Source: Vicugna vicugna
Lineage: Eukaryota
Reading direction: 5' to 3'
Assembly: GCA_013265495.1 (NCBI GenBank)
Contig: MU058781.1
Coordinates: 186,001 to 250,000, forward strand
Length of the DNA: 64,000 nucleotides
A program made the translations under genes and the position numbers. Of this stretch, positions 13,432 to 25,480 are shown one piece after another (positions within the stretch are counted from its first letter, which is position 1; the number at the start of each line of letters is the position of its first letter). Under the pieces are notes generated by a model. That model searched no databases and was not told the DNA's origin. It saw only the letters and a list, made by a program, of their open reading frames with translations.

Positions 13432-15070
13432 GGGGCATTCCTTAGTTTCCCTGGCAGTGTGGAATCGTAATAGGGCTGTGTGAGCTAAAATTATGCAGAG
13501 ATCTTTTGATTTTTTTTATTTTCCTGTTTTATTGGAATATAATTGACAAATAGAAATTGAATATATTTGATGTACATCTTGATGATTTGATATATGTGTA
13601 CATAGTAGAAGGATCACCACAATCAAGCTAGTTACTGGACATATCAGCTCACAGTGTTACCTTTTTCATGAGGGAGGGTGGTGAGAACACTTAAGAGCTA
13701 CTCTCTTAGCACATGTCGAGTATGCAGTACAGTATTGTTCACTGTAGTCACCAAGCTGTACATCAGATTTCTAGAACTTACTCGTCTTGCATAAGTGAGA
13801 CTTTGTACCCTTTGACCAACACCTCCCCATTTCCCCCTTCCTCAGGCCCCTGGCAACCGTTTCCTTTGGGTAAATACCCAGAAGTGGGATTGCTGGATCA
13901 TATGGTTGTTCTGCTTTTAATTTTTTGAGGAACCTTCATACTACTTTCCATAACGGCTGCACCAATTTACATTCCCATCACGTGTGTGCAAGGGTTCCCT
14001 TTTTTGGACATCCTTGCAAATACTTATTTTCTTTTTGATCATGGCCATTCTAACATGGATAAGGTGATACTCTTTGTGGTTTCGACTTGCATGTCCCCTA
14101 TGATTAGTGATGTTGAGCACCTTGGAAAAATTTAATATTGTTCCATAGCATTAAAACGTTTTGTTAATGCATTAAGAACTCTTGTGCTGTATAGGGAAAA
14201 AAAGAATTAGAAAAATGAACACTTTATACAGTGTAATTGAAAAACGTTAAAAATATTGTTAATTAAAATGTTTTATTTCTTCACAAAACAGTTTCCAAGA
14301 ATAGTTCAGGCAATGCTTGCTTGTTCTCCAAGCATAACTTCTGCTATGGAGGGCCCAGATTTTCTATGCTTATATAAATTTTCATACTGTTTTCTAAATT
14401 TGGATCAGCTTCTGATGTTTTATCCTTTGTATTTTCAAAGTTATGAAGCTTTGTTGTAAAGCTTTTTTTTTCTTTTCTTTTTTTTTTGCCAGTACCTTCA
14501 TTTTCCTCATCACAACTCTTTCCTTCATTTGTATCAGTAAGTTCTTGTCCACTAAGTTGCTCAGGCTGTCTATCTGGAATCTCTTGAAAAATAGCAGTGT
14601 CAGTATTCCCGGGATCAGCTATTTCTTCTACTAATTTAATTTATAACCAATTCTACTTTCATTTCCAATGTTTGCACTTTTCATTTCTTTGCTGCTGGTT
14701 TTTTTATCATTGTTCACCAATTCCTTCTTTTGGTTCTCCATTTGTGTAAAACATCACTTGGTTTCCCCACTGAGTGCCAAGGAGTCAACACAACTACACA
14801 CTTTGCTGTCTTTTTGTAAACTGCTAACAGTCATCAATCACCAACAGACTCCAAAGGAAATGATGGCTTTGCCACCAATCATGATGCATACCCTTTTTTT
14901 ACATATTGATTTGTGAACTAAAGAGCAGTAATGTTTCACTTTATGCAATTACTCACATGTCATGGTAACTGAAATTGGAACCATATTGTTGGGGAAATTG
15001 CTGTTATTTAACTAAACCGTGATAATTGTAATTTGTACATATTAGAGCCATGCAAAGTGAGGACTACACA
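13432..15070 (-). mobile_element. Tigger (pogo-family) DNA transposon relic, Tigger13a-like, split by an L1 insertion
   Basis: TA dinucleotides at 13430-31 and 15071-72. Right end GCAAAGTGAGGACT is TIR-like. Minus-strand transposase remnants: N-terminal MENQKKELVNNDK..AAKK*KVQTLEMKV (~14740-14655) and C-terminal TKDKTSEADPNLENSM (~14430-14385). Confidence 0.75.
13511..14122 (-). mobile_element. LINE-1 3' end (L1MA9-like) nested in the Tigger relic, with an internal deletion near 13860
   Basis: T-tract, then ATAATTGACAAAT...GATCACCACAATCAAGCTA...GTGAGAACACTTAAGA...CTTTGTACCCTTTGACCAAC...ATACCCAGAAGTGGGATTGCTGGATC. Confidence 0.9.
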
Positions 15071-15369
15071 TACTAAAATTGTGCAGTGTTGGGTAACATT
15101 GCAATAGAATTTTAGAGATTGGATTAATGATGAGTTGGGTTTGTTTAAGGATTAGGTGATCGTTTAGGCTAACGGTTATGAACACAGGCTTTGGACAAGG
15201 GAAGAAATACGGCGTAAGTGGGTCAATGAGCAGGTTTATCTGAACATAGCAAAGAAAGCGCAGTCTTACCAGCGGATAGGCAGGATGAGGACGGTCTGTC
15301 ACAGGACCTGAGATTTAGGCAGAACTGTAAACTGGAAAAAAAATCAAATGAAATGAAAAATCATGATAT

Positions 15370-15520
15370 ATAGAGGCAGAAAACCTGAGTTTTTTCTACT
15401 CTTTGTCATACATTCCATTTCTAATCTTTGGCAAGTCATAGGCATTAGCTTCCTTACTGGCAAAATAAGGGTGAGTGTACTTAGTATAAATTGCTGAGGA
15501 TAAATGCTCTTGAAAGTGGG
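15370..15520 (+). mobile_element. MIR relic
   Basis: AGAAAACCTGAGTT...TTGGCAAGTCA...GCTTCCTTACTGGCAAAATAAGG...TGAGGATAAATG. Confidence 0.55.
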
Positions 15521-15541
15521 GAAAAAAAACTTGTGACTGTG

Positions 15542-15800
15542 TTCATTCTTCAAACATTCACTGAGTGCCCGCTTTGAGACAGCAACTGGGATAAATATTT
15601 GTTAGAGAGACGATAAAATGTTGTTCTCATGCTGTAAAGGCTGGGAGATGGGAGTAGGGAATAGTTGAATAAACACAAAAAGTACTGAACAATCTGATAG
15701 ACGCTGGAAAGGAGGTGATAGTGAATAGTTGAGCAGGGAGCAATCGTGATAAAGTATCGCAGCATTTTAGGAAGAATTCTATGACAATTCTTGGCAGGAT
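15542..15800 (-). mobile_element. L2 3' relic
   Basis: TTCATTCTTCAAACATTCACTGAGTGCC start, typical of an antisense L2 tail. Confidence 0.55.
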
Positions 15801-16152
15801 AAATTAAGGAAGATGGATGTCTAATGTTAGTGAAGAGTTTATAGCTCCTGTTTATTGATCCCAAGTCTAGGGTCAAACCATTGGAGTGAGGCCCTGCAGT
15901 GGCCTGGAGGAAACATTTCGAGTTCAGAAAGTCAAGATTCTGAAAGACCAGAATGTTTCCCGCATCATCTACATATACAGTTAAGTTCCGAAGAATGATG
16001 GCAGGATTAATCCTCGTTTATAAAGGTATCCTGTGTGGAAATAGGTCCTTGATAATTCAGGGGATTGACTTCAATCTTTGATTAGTTATTATAGCCTGGA
16101 AGATAGATTTCCTAGAAGCAACAAGTGTTCATTACCCGAAGCGTGTTGCATC

Positions 16153-16293
16153 TGTACTTCTCAAACTTTAATGTTCATAAAAATCAGCTGGAATCTTGTT
16201 AAAAGTGCAGCTGCTAATTCGGCAGCTCTGGAGTGGGACCTGGGATTCTGCCTTTCTGACAATCTCCCAGGTTGGCTACGCTTGAGTAACAAT
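16153..16293. mobile_element. hAT-Charlie MITE (MER5-like)
   Basis: GTACTTCTCAAACTTTAATG...AATCAGCTGGAATCTTGTTAAAA...CTGGAGTGGGACCTGGGATTCTGCCTTTCTGACAATCTCCCAGGT. Confidence 0.8.
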
Positions 16294-18239
16294 GTGTGAT
16301 GTTTTCCAGTGATAGCTTCAAGTGGAGTGACTTATTCTCCTCAAATCCCACGTCTGTGGTCGTAATTTGGAAAGTAGAGGAAAAGCACATTGTCTCTGAT
16401 TCTACAATATAATTATAATTTTATGAGTAATAATTTCTTCTTAAAGTTGCCATCATACTATGATAAGAGGTTTTATTTTTTAATTTTCATCCAACATAAA
16501 AGTGTGTATCATGAACTTTTTATTCTGTGTTTAATATTCTACTGGGCATCATAATCACTTAATTATTAAGCTGTTATTGAACATATTGTCTTTTGCTGGT
16601 ACACAATTCCCAGTTTTACTAATTAATTAAATGTTACACTCATTTCTGTGTATCTTCTCTGCCATGGAGTAGTTCACAGATTATCCTTCTTGACACTGGA
16701 TTTTGACTTAACCATCTTAGAAACGGCGCTCTCCAATTAGGTTGAAATCTTTACCTTTCCAGTTAGAATGGAAGTTCATTTCCAGTTCATTTTGGCAAGA
16801 ATGCAAATGCAGCAAAATATTTTCATGAAATGAGAAATTTTTTTTCTTAAATTTGTCTTCTTGAATACCAGATGTTTCTGTTTAGAGCGCGTGTGAGAGG
16901 AAAAACTCTTTATTTATTTATTTATTTATGTCATTTATTTAAATCTCTCTTTTGAACAGCCTCAATCAAAAAAAATCCGTGAGATTGTTTATGGTGCTGA
17001 ATGTATGCCTTTCTGACATCAGGGTACCATTCTTGAGCAGCAGTACAATTTTAAAAAACATAAAGATGCAGTATCATTTCTGATATGAAGTTACCACCAG
17101 CACAGCTATATGTGTTCCAAGAGAATCCTGGTATCTGAAGTTCCTCAGTGGAAAGAGAACAGTTGTGTAAGTTTTCTCCGGCAGGTGTGTACTATCCGTT
17201 GAAGAAGGTGATGAGCTCAGACACCTTTTAAGCTATCTGGTAATCTGCAGAAATTCAGGAAGGTTATAAAGATCAAGGCTTGAGTGGAGCAGACTTATTC
17301 TTCCACTCATTTTGTTCATTTCTCTTCAGTCATTTCGAGCTGAAGCTGTGAGTGGGGTTAATTCCTTGACTGTTCTGTCAAACGTTAGTCCCTAGTACAC
17401 ATACTTGTGTGTATACGAACAACTGTTTTTTAATAACCTGCCAAGAAGCTATAATCTTCCACTGCGGCGCCCCCTGGGATTTAATTAGAATGGTTTCCCA
17501 CAGCCTGACATGTTTATGGGGCATAGGTAAAGAGACAGTTCATAAAACTGTCAATTTTCTGAGAAATTAAAGAAAAATTGGGCCGCTTAGAGCTTTGGCA
17601 ATTCTGTGCTGCTGATACGAGCATCGCGAGCAATGAAATCAAAGGGAACATAACGAGATACTGATGCATTAGATGTGGGCGGGTTAAAAATTATGTACAA
17701 GGGCATTCGTCGATTTGAATGCGTGAAGAGGCAAGTGGAGAAAGCAAAACATGAACTGGGGTAGCCTGGCTTTGGGGTGTGTGGGGACACGGAAGTGACC
17801 GCTGAACCATATGTTACCTGCATCTGGAAGATTTACAATTTTGCTTAATAGACAAAATCAAGAAATGAATCTGCGGGGGAACGAGAGCCTCGCCAGGGGA
17901 ATGGTAACGCGAGGAGTGGGGCTTTCCTTTGGAGATTCTTCATTTACACCATCTTTTGCTTCTTTAGGTAAAATTATTAGTCTAACGTAGACTCTGTATT
18001 GAGAATCAAGTCTGTTGAAGCAAATGGAGCAAATACATCCTGACCAGGCCGCCTTTGTACCCTGCCTGTAACAGAGGTGCTCATTCTCTGTTCCAGGCCC
18101 TGTCATTCACGATCATGCCGCTGAGCTTGTTCAGGCACAGCAGCTGACCTGCACTAGGAAACAGACCCATGTGACGTTATCACATGATCTTAAGTACTAG
18201 GCGCAGCCAAGGAATGTTCTCAAGGTGACCAGGGTGACA

Positions 18240-18445
18240 GCTGATATCCAGGGACGGCCTGCTCTCTCGCAGGCACCGGACTGGGCAGTCTTCATGCACT
18301 TCTCTGTATAATTCTCCCACCCAGCTTCTGGCGCGTGTACTAGTAATCTCATTTTACACAAGATAAAAAGGACACACAGAGGTGTCACACAGTCTGTACG
18401 AGGCCATTCAGCCAGTGAGAGGCGGAGCTAGGACCAGAGGATCAT
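18240..18445 (-). mobile_element. MIR relic
   Basis: CAGGCAC...CTCATTTTACACA...CACAGAGGT...CAGCCAGTGAGAGGCGGAGCTAGGA. Confidence 0.6.
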
Positions 18446-18908
18446 TCTCTACCTTCTTGTCATGAAATGACGTTGCCTTTAAAAGTGCTATAACATGGTG
18501 GAGTATGTACAAAAAATGAGTTTTGGAAGAACAGGAAGTCCAACACTGAATGCTGCCAATATGGTATTGGCTTGAGTAGTAAGAACCACCCCCTTGCCAC
18601 ACACACACTGTCTTCACTAAAAGTGCCCGTCCTGGCTAATCACTGGCATTGGTCTCCTGGAGATGGGTGGCGTCTGAATGCCCTCAGTGCAGGGCTGGGG
18701 CTGGTAAAAGGCGGAGCCTGGAAAAGGAGGCCACTGTGGTGTTTTCACCCTGCTTCTGAAGAGCCCCACCCCTGCCATCTGGCTAGTCCGGTTCATGTCC
18801 TGGGAGTTTTATTTTGCTTACTCATCTAGTGAATGATTGATTTAGTGTCTTTTCCAGACATCGTGCGAGGGACTTGGGGTTCAAAATGGGCTGGACCCAG
18901 TCTTGCTT

Positions 18909-19047
18909 GTACAGTGGACAGTCCTAGGCTTTAGAATCAGTTAGACTTGGATTCAAGATTTTGACTCTGCTACTTACTAGCTATATGATCCTGGTTACTT
19001 CTTGACCTCTCTGTCACCTAGTTTTACTCCAGGAGAAAAAGGGGAAA
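18909..19047 (+). mobile_element. MIR relic
   Basis: GGCTTTAGAATCAG..AGACTTGGATTCAA...CTCTGCTACTTACTAGCTATATGATCCTGG...ACCTCTCTGT. Confidence 0.8.
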
Positions 19048-19371
19048 TGCTACGTATTGCAAACTTATATAGACACTTTAGAACTAAAGTTTTATGTCCT
19101 TTTTTGTTCCTCAAGACCTCCTAAATTACTGGTAGATACAGACACAATCAGAATGAAAAATAAGATGATAATATGAATTAATAAATGCTTAATAGAGGTG
19201 TAAGCTGGACCTTATAGTGGAATAATGAATGGGTTCTGCCTGGGATAGGGAGGAAGTTTTTGCAAAGAGATAGTATTTGATCAACATAAAAAGAAGATCT
19301 TCAAAAGGAGACAAAGGAAGCTTATGGATAATTAACACAGCATGGTCATTTCATGTTCTCGAAACACAGTT

Positions 19372-19423
19372 TGTGAGTGTGTGTGTATGAGTGTGTGTGT
19401 GAATGTGTGTGAGTGTGTGTGTG
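19372..19423. repeat. Imperfect (TG)n microsatellite
   Basis: TGTGAGTGTGTGTGTATGAGTGTGTGTGTGAATGTGTGTGAGTGTGTGTGTG. Confidence 0.9.
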
Positions 19424-22400
19424 CTTGTATGCTGTGTGGGTGAGGCTGGGGATGTGGTGAAACAGAGAAGCACCACGAGTTGAAGATGAGTTGGGTCCCA
19501 AGTGTAAAAGCTCTTTTACATCAACACTTTATTCTATCAGAATGAAAAGCCACTGAAGGTTCTCATTCAATAAATTCAGGAGAAAATTTTGTATAGGTCA
19601 GTATAGCTTCACTATTGACTCGGCAGATATTTCCACATGATGGTAATAGTTCTGAGCCACTAAAATTATGTGTTGGTATGACACTGCTGATTGTGCAGGC
19701 AAAGCAAAGCAGCACGTTAATTTTAAGTATGAGAATCATATGAATAGTGCTGGCAAAAGACGTAAAACCAGTGAGGGGGTTTAATTAACCCGCGAGTTAC
19801 CTCCAAAGACAGAACCCCACCGAGCTGTTGAGAGAAGGAATTTTAGGAGGGGTGGGGAGAGTTTGTTCAATAATACGTCCTATAGCAGAACGCAGTCTTG
19901 ATTTTAAAAAAGTAGGGATTTATACAGAGTTGGGGACGCCATGGATTGATAAAGTCCATAGCAAAGCATTTTTTAGCAACACCAATTTTGCTTGATTTCA
20001 CAAATCAAGAGGCTTGCCAAATTGAAATTACCTCCAGAGTTAAAAGTCTTAAAATTACAGTCTACGTAAAACCATAATTAATGCACTGTTACACCTACAA
20101 TTTGGTAATGATAATAATGATCTAGTACGATGTAGCTTCTTCCATCTAAGGATCTTAAAAATGGTTCATAATCATTAATTACTTAAAATTCTTAACAGCA
20201 TCCGAAGGATAAGCTAAATGGGTTAATCAGAACTCAATACTCAGTTTAAAGTAAGTTCAGTCTTCACTTGGAACTACTGGAAAATAAGTAAGTGTTAGGG
20301 AGAGGGAAAATAAAATGCGTTTAGCTGGAATTGATCAGAGTATTGGCATTAATTTGTTTCACATGTGTCGTTTCCAGCGATTTTGCTGGAACACAGTCAT
20401 CCTCCTTCAGAAGGACGAGTTCTCACGGAATAGTGACTCTAAGTATTAGGTGCTTTTAGGAGATTAGCTATTGACATACGGTAAAGAATCATGTCCTTTT
20501 GTGTAAAATAATTTGGCCTCAATGATTGGTATGAAGGTAAGGGTGATAACATCCTTTGTTATGATTCTTGAACAAAGCAGAACTTGGTTCTGGATGTGTA
20601 ACTGTCCTGTGTGGCTACAAGTGACTCACTTGCAGTTCTCGGTTGTGTCATATTTTATTATTTTATTGTAATACTTTACCAAAAATGAATTAGATTTGTA
20701 ATATTTATGATTTATCCCGGCACACCGATAATTCAGAAGCAGGTGTCCGAAGAATGTTATTGTTCTGAGTTCATTTCAACAGAAATTTATCCTCCTCTCC
20801 AGAAAAATTGTTTAACTTGTTAGAATTACTTAAGAAAAGATGAAAACCTGTGGAAAGTTTTAGACTTGGCATATAGTTTAATCTCTTTTGAAGAGTATAA
20901 TTCCAAGGCAGAGCTCTTGCTTATTCTTATGTTTGCTTTTGACTCAAAACATTATTACAGGGTACTAACGTGTTCCTCATCACTTTGTATTATTTTCAAG
21001 CAACTGGTTGCAGAACATTGATGTTGGCTATAACAACAAAATATTTAAATGACCATAACTGTTAAAGAGTGGAATTTATAATACGTACAGTAAATGATAC
21101 AGTTACTATTCTGCTACGATACACAAATTTGCTGAGTACGTTTATTATAGTAAATTTATTGAAATAAACTTGGTATATAATAAGTATGCTTTTGGTATGA
21201 CCAATTAACATTTTTTTTACTGGTTTATTTTCTTTATCAGGGATAAAATAAGAGAATCCACCTTGTCTATGTAATTTCAGTTTTCTGCTTTTTCTTTTTT
21301 TCTCTATTTATGCAACCTTTCCATTTCTCTTTCTCATGGACCACTACATTTATTTTCGTTATCTATACTGTGTTGTTTCTCTCTCTTTTTCTTGGTCCGT
21401 TTCTTCCGAGGTTTCAAAGCCATGATTGTTACTCCTGGGAAAAGTACAGGAAGCCATGAGATACGGATTTTGTGTGATCTGCCCTTTATAAACCACAAGC
21501 CATCAGACGGAAAATACTTTAGCAACCTTGGGCATTTTGATTTCTCGCTGTTTAGTCTTACGTCTTTGTCGTTCTTTTCAGCTACAAATCACTTACTGGC
21601 TTTTATACATTCATGAATAAAATAAACTAAATAACTGACATATTTTCCTCTCTCCACATATATGGAGATATAGATATATTATATATATATAAAGAATGAA
21701 GTAGAAATAAAGGATGGAAATCAAGGAGAGATGTACTTAAGGTCACCAAAGTACTATGGAGAATTTATTCAGATCAAAGAAAGTTGGAAGTTATTTGACA
21801 GTGTTTAAGAAGAAGCAGCGGCACGGGGAATTCTGTAATAATTTATTCTTCTTTAGACTTGCAGAGGACTGGGCTGTCTCTTAAGCAGATTATTGAATGT
21901 GGCCACTCTCTTCGGATTTCCTTCCCACATTCAGTTCAGGAGAAGTGAGGCACTATGTTCTGTAACGTGTGTATGATTGAAGTGTCAGCCTCTGTAAGTA
22001 CTCTGCTCCAGGATCCTGGGGTGAAGTGTTACAAAACACATTTTTGGTAGAATAGAAATAGGCTTGCCCTTCCGGCACTTCCCATGGCTGTTGTAGATGG
22101 AAAGCAATGAATTCAGAATCCTCAAATCGGTCAGGCCATCTTCCCAGTGAGCTTTGCTTCGGACATCCTGGATACTGCCACATGAGGATTATATTTCATT
22201 TGTCCTCAGATATTTGCAGCTAAAGGGCCCTGTTTTAGGGCTGATTTCTGCCAAACAACCAACCTTACTAGCTTCTACTACCCATAAATAAATATCCGTC
22301 AGAATTTGCTAGAATTTACTGCAAGAGTGACCTTCTGTTTCATGAGTTACCAATGATGTGAAGCTGGTTTTATCAACTATCCAAGTGAAATAATAAATTC

Positions 22401-23034
22401 ATATTATCTAATAGTAAACAAACAAAATCAGTAGGTCAACAGAGGAACTCTGAATCATCAAAAGGTGATTCTGAGAGAGTATTTGTGAGAACTTCCACCG
22501 GATGTTGTGAGAAACAGGAGAAAACATTCTAGTTTACAGTGAAAGTAATCACTGGCCTTCAAATTGATTGTTACCAGAATGTCTGAAATTCAAAAGGTAT
22601 GAGTTCTATTCTCCGCTGTTGACATTGGAGAATCAACTGCGGGAGAACTGGAGGAAGAGACTTGCAGGTCATCTGGTCAGTCCATCCCCTCACTTACTCC
22701 TTTTCAGACACAAAGAGGTTAAGTGATTGATCAAAGCCTCCAGCTTCCCGCAACCCCTCTCTTTACCCAGAAATGCATGTGGCAGTGTCCCCACATGGTC
22801 TTTTCTTCTCCGCCCTTTCTAGAAAGAAGTGTCCTTTTTCCGGTGTTAAGGGCAAGGCTGATCCCTGCACTGTCCTTTGGCTCCATCCTTTGCTGAATTC
22901 AAAGGAAGACTCTGGGGTTTTCTTCCAACAAGGACTTTTTCTCCTTTCTTTACTTAGCTTCTCTTCCACTTCCCATGAAATGAAATCAAATTGCTCTGCA
23001 TTCAAACCTCCTATCAGTTTGGTGATCTTTGGAA

Positions 23035-25480
23035 AATGTTTTAAACATTTTATCGTGGAAAAATATATATACAAAGTAGAGAGAACAGAATAACGAGCTC
23101 CCATTTGTGCAACACTCAGCTTCAAGAATCACTGACTCCGGGCCAATCTTGTTTCATCTTTCCTTCCACTCACTGACTCCCTGTTGGAGTATTTCGAAAT
23201 GAATCATCTCTAGTATTTATCACTAAAATAAAAGAACTCTTTGATTAAACATAATGACAATTTTATTCTCCCACTTTAAAATTAGCATTAATGCTTTAAT
23301 AGCCATCAAATATCCAGTTAGTGTTCACATTTCCCAATTGTTTTGGATAATTTTTAAAGAGTCTTTGAATCAAGATTCAAGTAAGATCATTCTTTGCAGT
23401 TAGTTGATGTATCTCAAATTTCTTCCTCCTCCTCTTCTCTTTCTTTCTCTCTCTGTAACTATTGCTGAAAAATCTGCACAAGTGTTATGCGGATGTTCCT
23501 ACAGTCTGGATTGTGTCCATCACATTCTTTCATGTTATGAGCAGATCTGAAGTCTATGATTCCTACAAACTGGTAGTTGAAGCTAAAGGCTTGATCAGTT
23601 TCAAATTTCATATTTTTGCAAGAATATCTTTTAGAAAGTGATCTATACTTCAGTTAGGAGGTGGATAGTGTCTGGCCCAGATTCAGTGGCACATAGACCA
23701 CTCGGGGCAGAGGCAGCGCTAGTACCCTGTTCCAGGTCCAGACAATAAGGAGTGCGTTGCTTACCATCATTTGAATCCTAAAGAGGAATTTAAAAGCAAT
23801 ATAAATAAATCATAAAAGCGGGTGCCCTTTTTATTATTACTAAGGCCACTAATTCTACATAATGTCTCTGAGGAAAAAAATCTTCAGTTGACTAAGTTAT
23901 AAACAATTGCTGTGATTACCATTGAGTTTTAATAATATGGATGTAAGCTTCAAATTAGCACCTTTTTATTACCTATCCTTTAATAAACATTTTCTTCCAC
24001 ATGGAAGTTAGTTTGAAGAAATCCAGTTTCTTAGCTGGCCTTGACAAACAAGGACTGGGAGACAGTTTTCCATTTCAAGAATAACTTCATAAGGGCTTGT
24101 TAGCTTTCAGTGTAGTCTGTCACTTCGGTCTCTTTGAGGCTACGCAGCTCTGTTTAATCCCAGGTCCAATAATGATGCCACAGTCATCGTAAAGAGGGAC
24201 ATGCAGAACACAAGCTACTTTCCTTCTCAAGTGGTCATCTTGTGCGACCACTTGAAGTCATTTGTTCTTGAATTTAAAAGACTGAAATAGAGTGTGAATT
24301 GCAAGGGATAAGAATTTTGTTTGGTAAATGCAAATTCTAGCTCGTACATCAAATTCTACTGTGTTGGATTTACATGTTTAAGACTGACATTTACCCATCT
24401 TCACTGTTAGTTGTTTTAAAACTAAAGACTTGTTTGTGTAGAAAGGCAGGACAAACCCTTGATTCTTTTTTATTTGCTAGTTTTCAAAATAACAAGTTGG
24501 TTCCCTAACACCCTCCAGAGGTAAGCAATTCATTTTTGCTTTTGTTTTTATGAACTCATCGATCTAAATATACAATGTGTTTCGCAACACATTAAATCAG
24601 CAGCAGTCGGTTGCTCATCGTGATCCTTACAGATGCCTCAGGTGCCCATCTTTGGCTGGTGTGGGAGTCTGTTCAGGTTAACTCCTTAAGTCCTTTTGAT
24701 AGAACCTTAAAAGTTATTGACAGTTTTTGCTTTTTGGTATAACCTGTTTCAGGCACATTTTGTACATCTCCTTTTTCAGGCTTGGCATCAGTCATTTCTA
24801 CAAAGAGCACTGGTTTCCTTTAGTGTGAAAAAGTGTTCAGATGCAGTAATCTGAGCACTAACGGTGCTCATTGCTGTGGTGTTGGTGATGGTTCCTGGGT
24901 ATTTGCAGTGGAGAGTGCTAAGGAAACAACAAAGGTGAAATGTTCCATAAACTAATACTGATATTTCCAAGACAGAATTGGGATCCAAGATTTTTACTTG
25001 TCATCTTTGATATTAAATCGCCAACTCACAGTGAAAATTCCATTTTTCAATAATGCCAACTCAAATGCCGCTTCTCTCTATTACATACTTCATGCACAAT
25101 AGCCTCAGAGTGGCAGTACCCAAACTAGCCCCCCGCCTGATTACTGCAAACAGTTAAAGGTTTTTTTCATGATTATTTTTGTCTATAGGATCTCTTCAAC
25201 GTGGGAGGTACAGTTGTAGGATTGTGTTTTAGTCACTTGAAAAATTTCCCCTTTTTAAAAATTTTGTCAATTTGGTGCATATTTTAGGTTCATTTGTTTC
25301 ATTCGGCTTTAGATTACAGACTGCTTTTTACCATTTAATTTCGGTTTATGATTATGTAAACTAGTTACATGGTTCCAAGATAAATCCTATAGAGCAAGTT
25401 ATAGTCAAAGAAGGCTGCTTCCTACACCTCTCATCTTTATGTCATCTTTAAAAATTCTGGTTTACTCTTCCATTTTTAGT
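23035..25480 (-). mobile_element. Old L1 3'UTR relic (L1MC4/5-like) in two pieces (~23035-23680, ~24490-25480)
   Basis: CAAAGTAGAGAGAAC...CAGCTTCAA...GGCCAATCTTGTTTCATCT and CCCATCTTTGGC...GTCCTTTTGA...ATCAGTCATTTCT...GGTGCTCATTGCT motifs. Confidence 0.75.
23684..24450 (+). mobile_element. hAT-Tip100 DNA transposon relic (MER97-like) nested in the L1; right terminus not seen
   Basis: Begins CAGTGGC, followed by CAATAAGGAGTGCGTTG...CTTTTTATTAT...AAACAATTGCTG...ATGTAAGCTTCAAATTAGCAC...ATCCTTTAATAAACATT. Confidence 0.7.

Noticed and set aside
21894..21934. Short hairpins (TGAATGTGG/CCACATTCA; also 44642-44664 and 8769-8787) as miRNA precursors
   Set aside because: Stems of 8-9 bp are too short for a pre-miRNA and are expected by chance in 64 kb.
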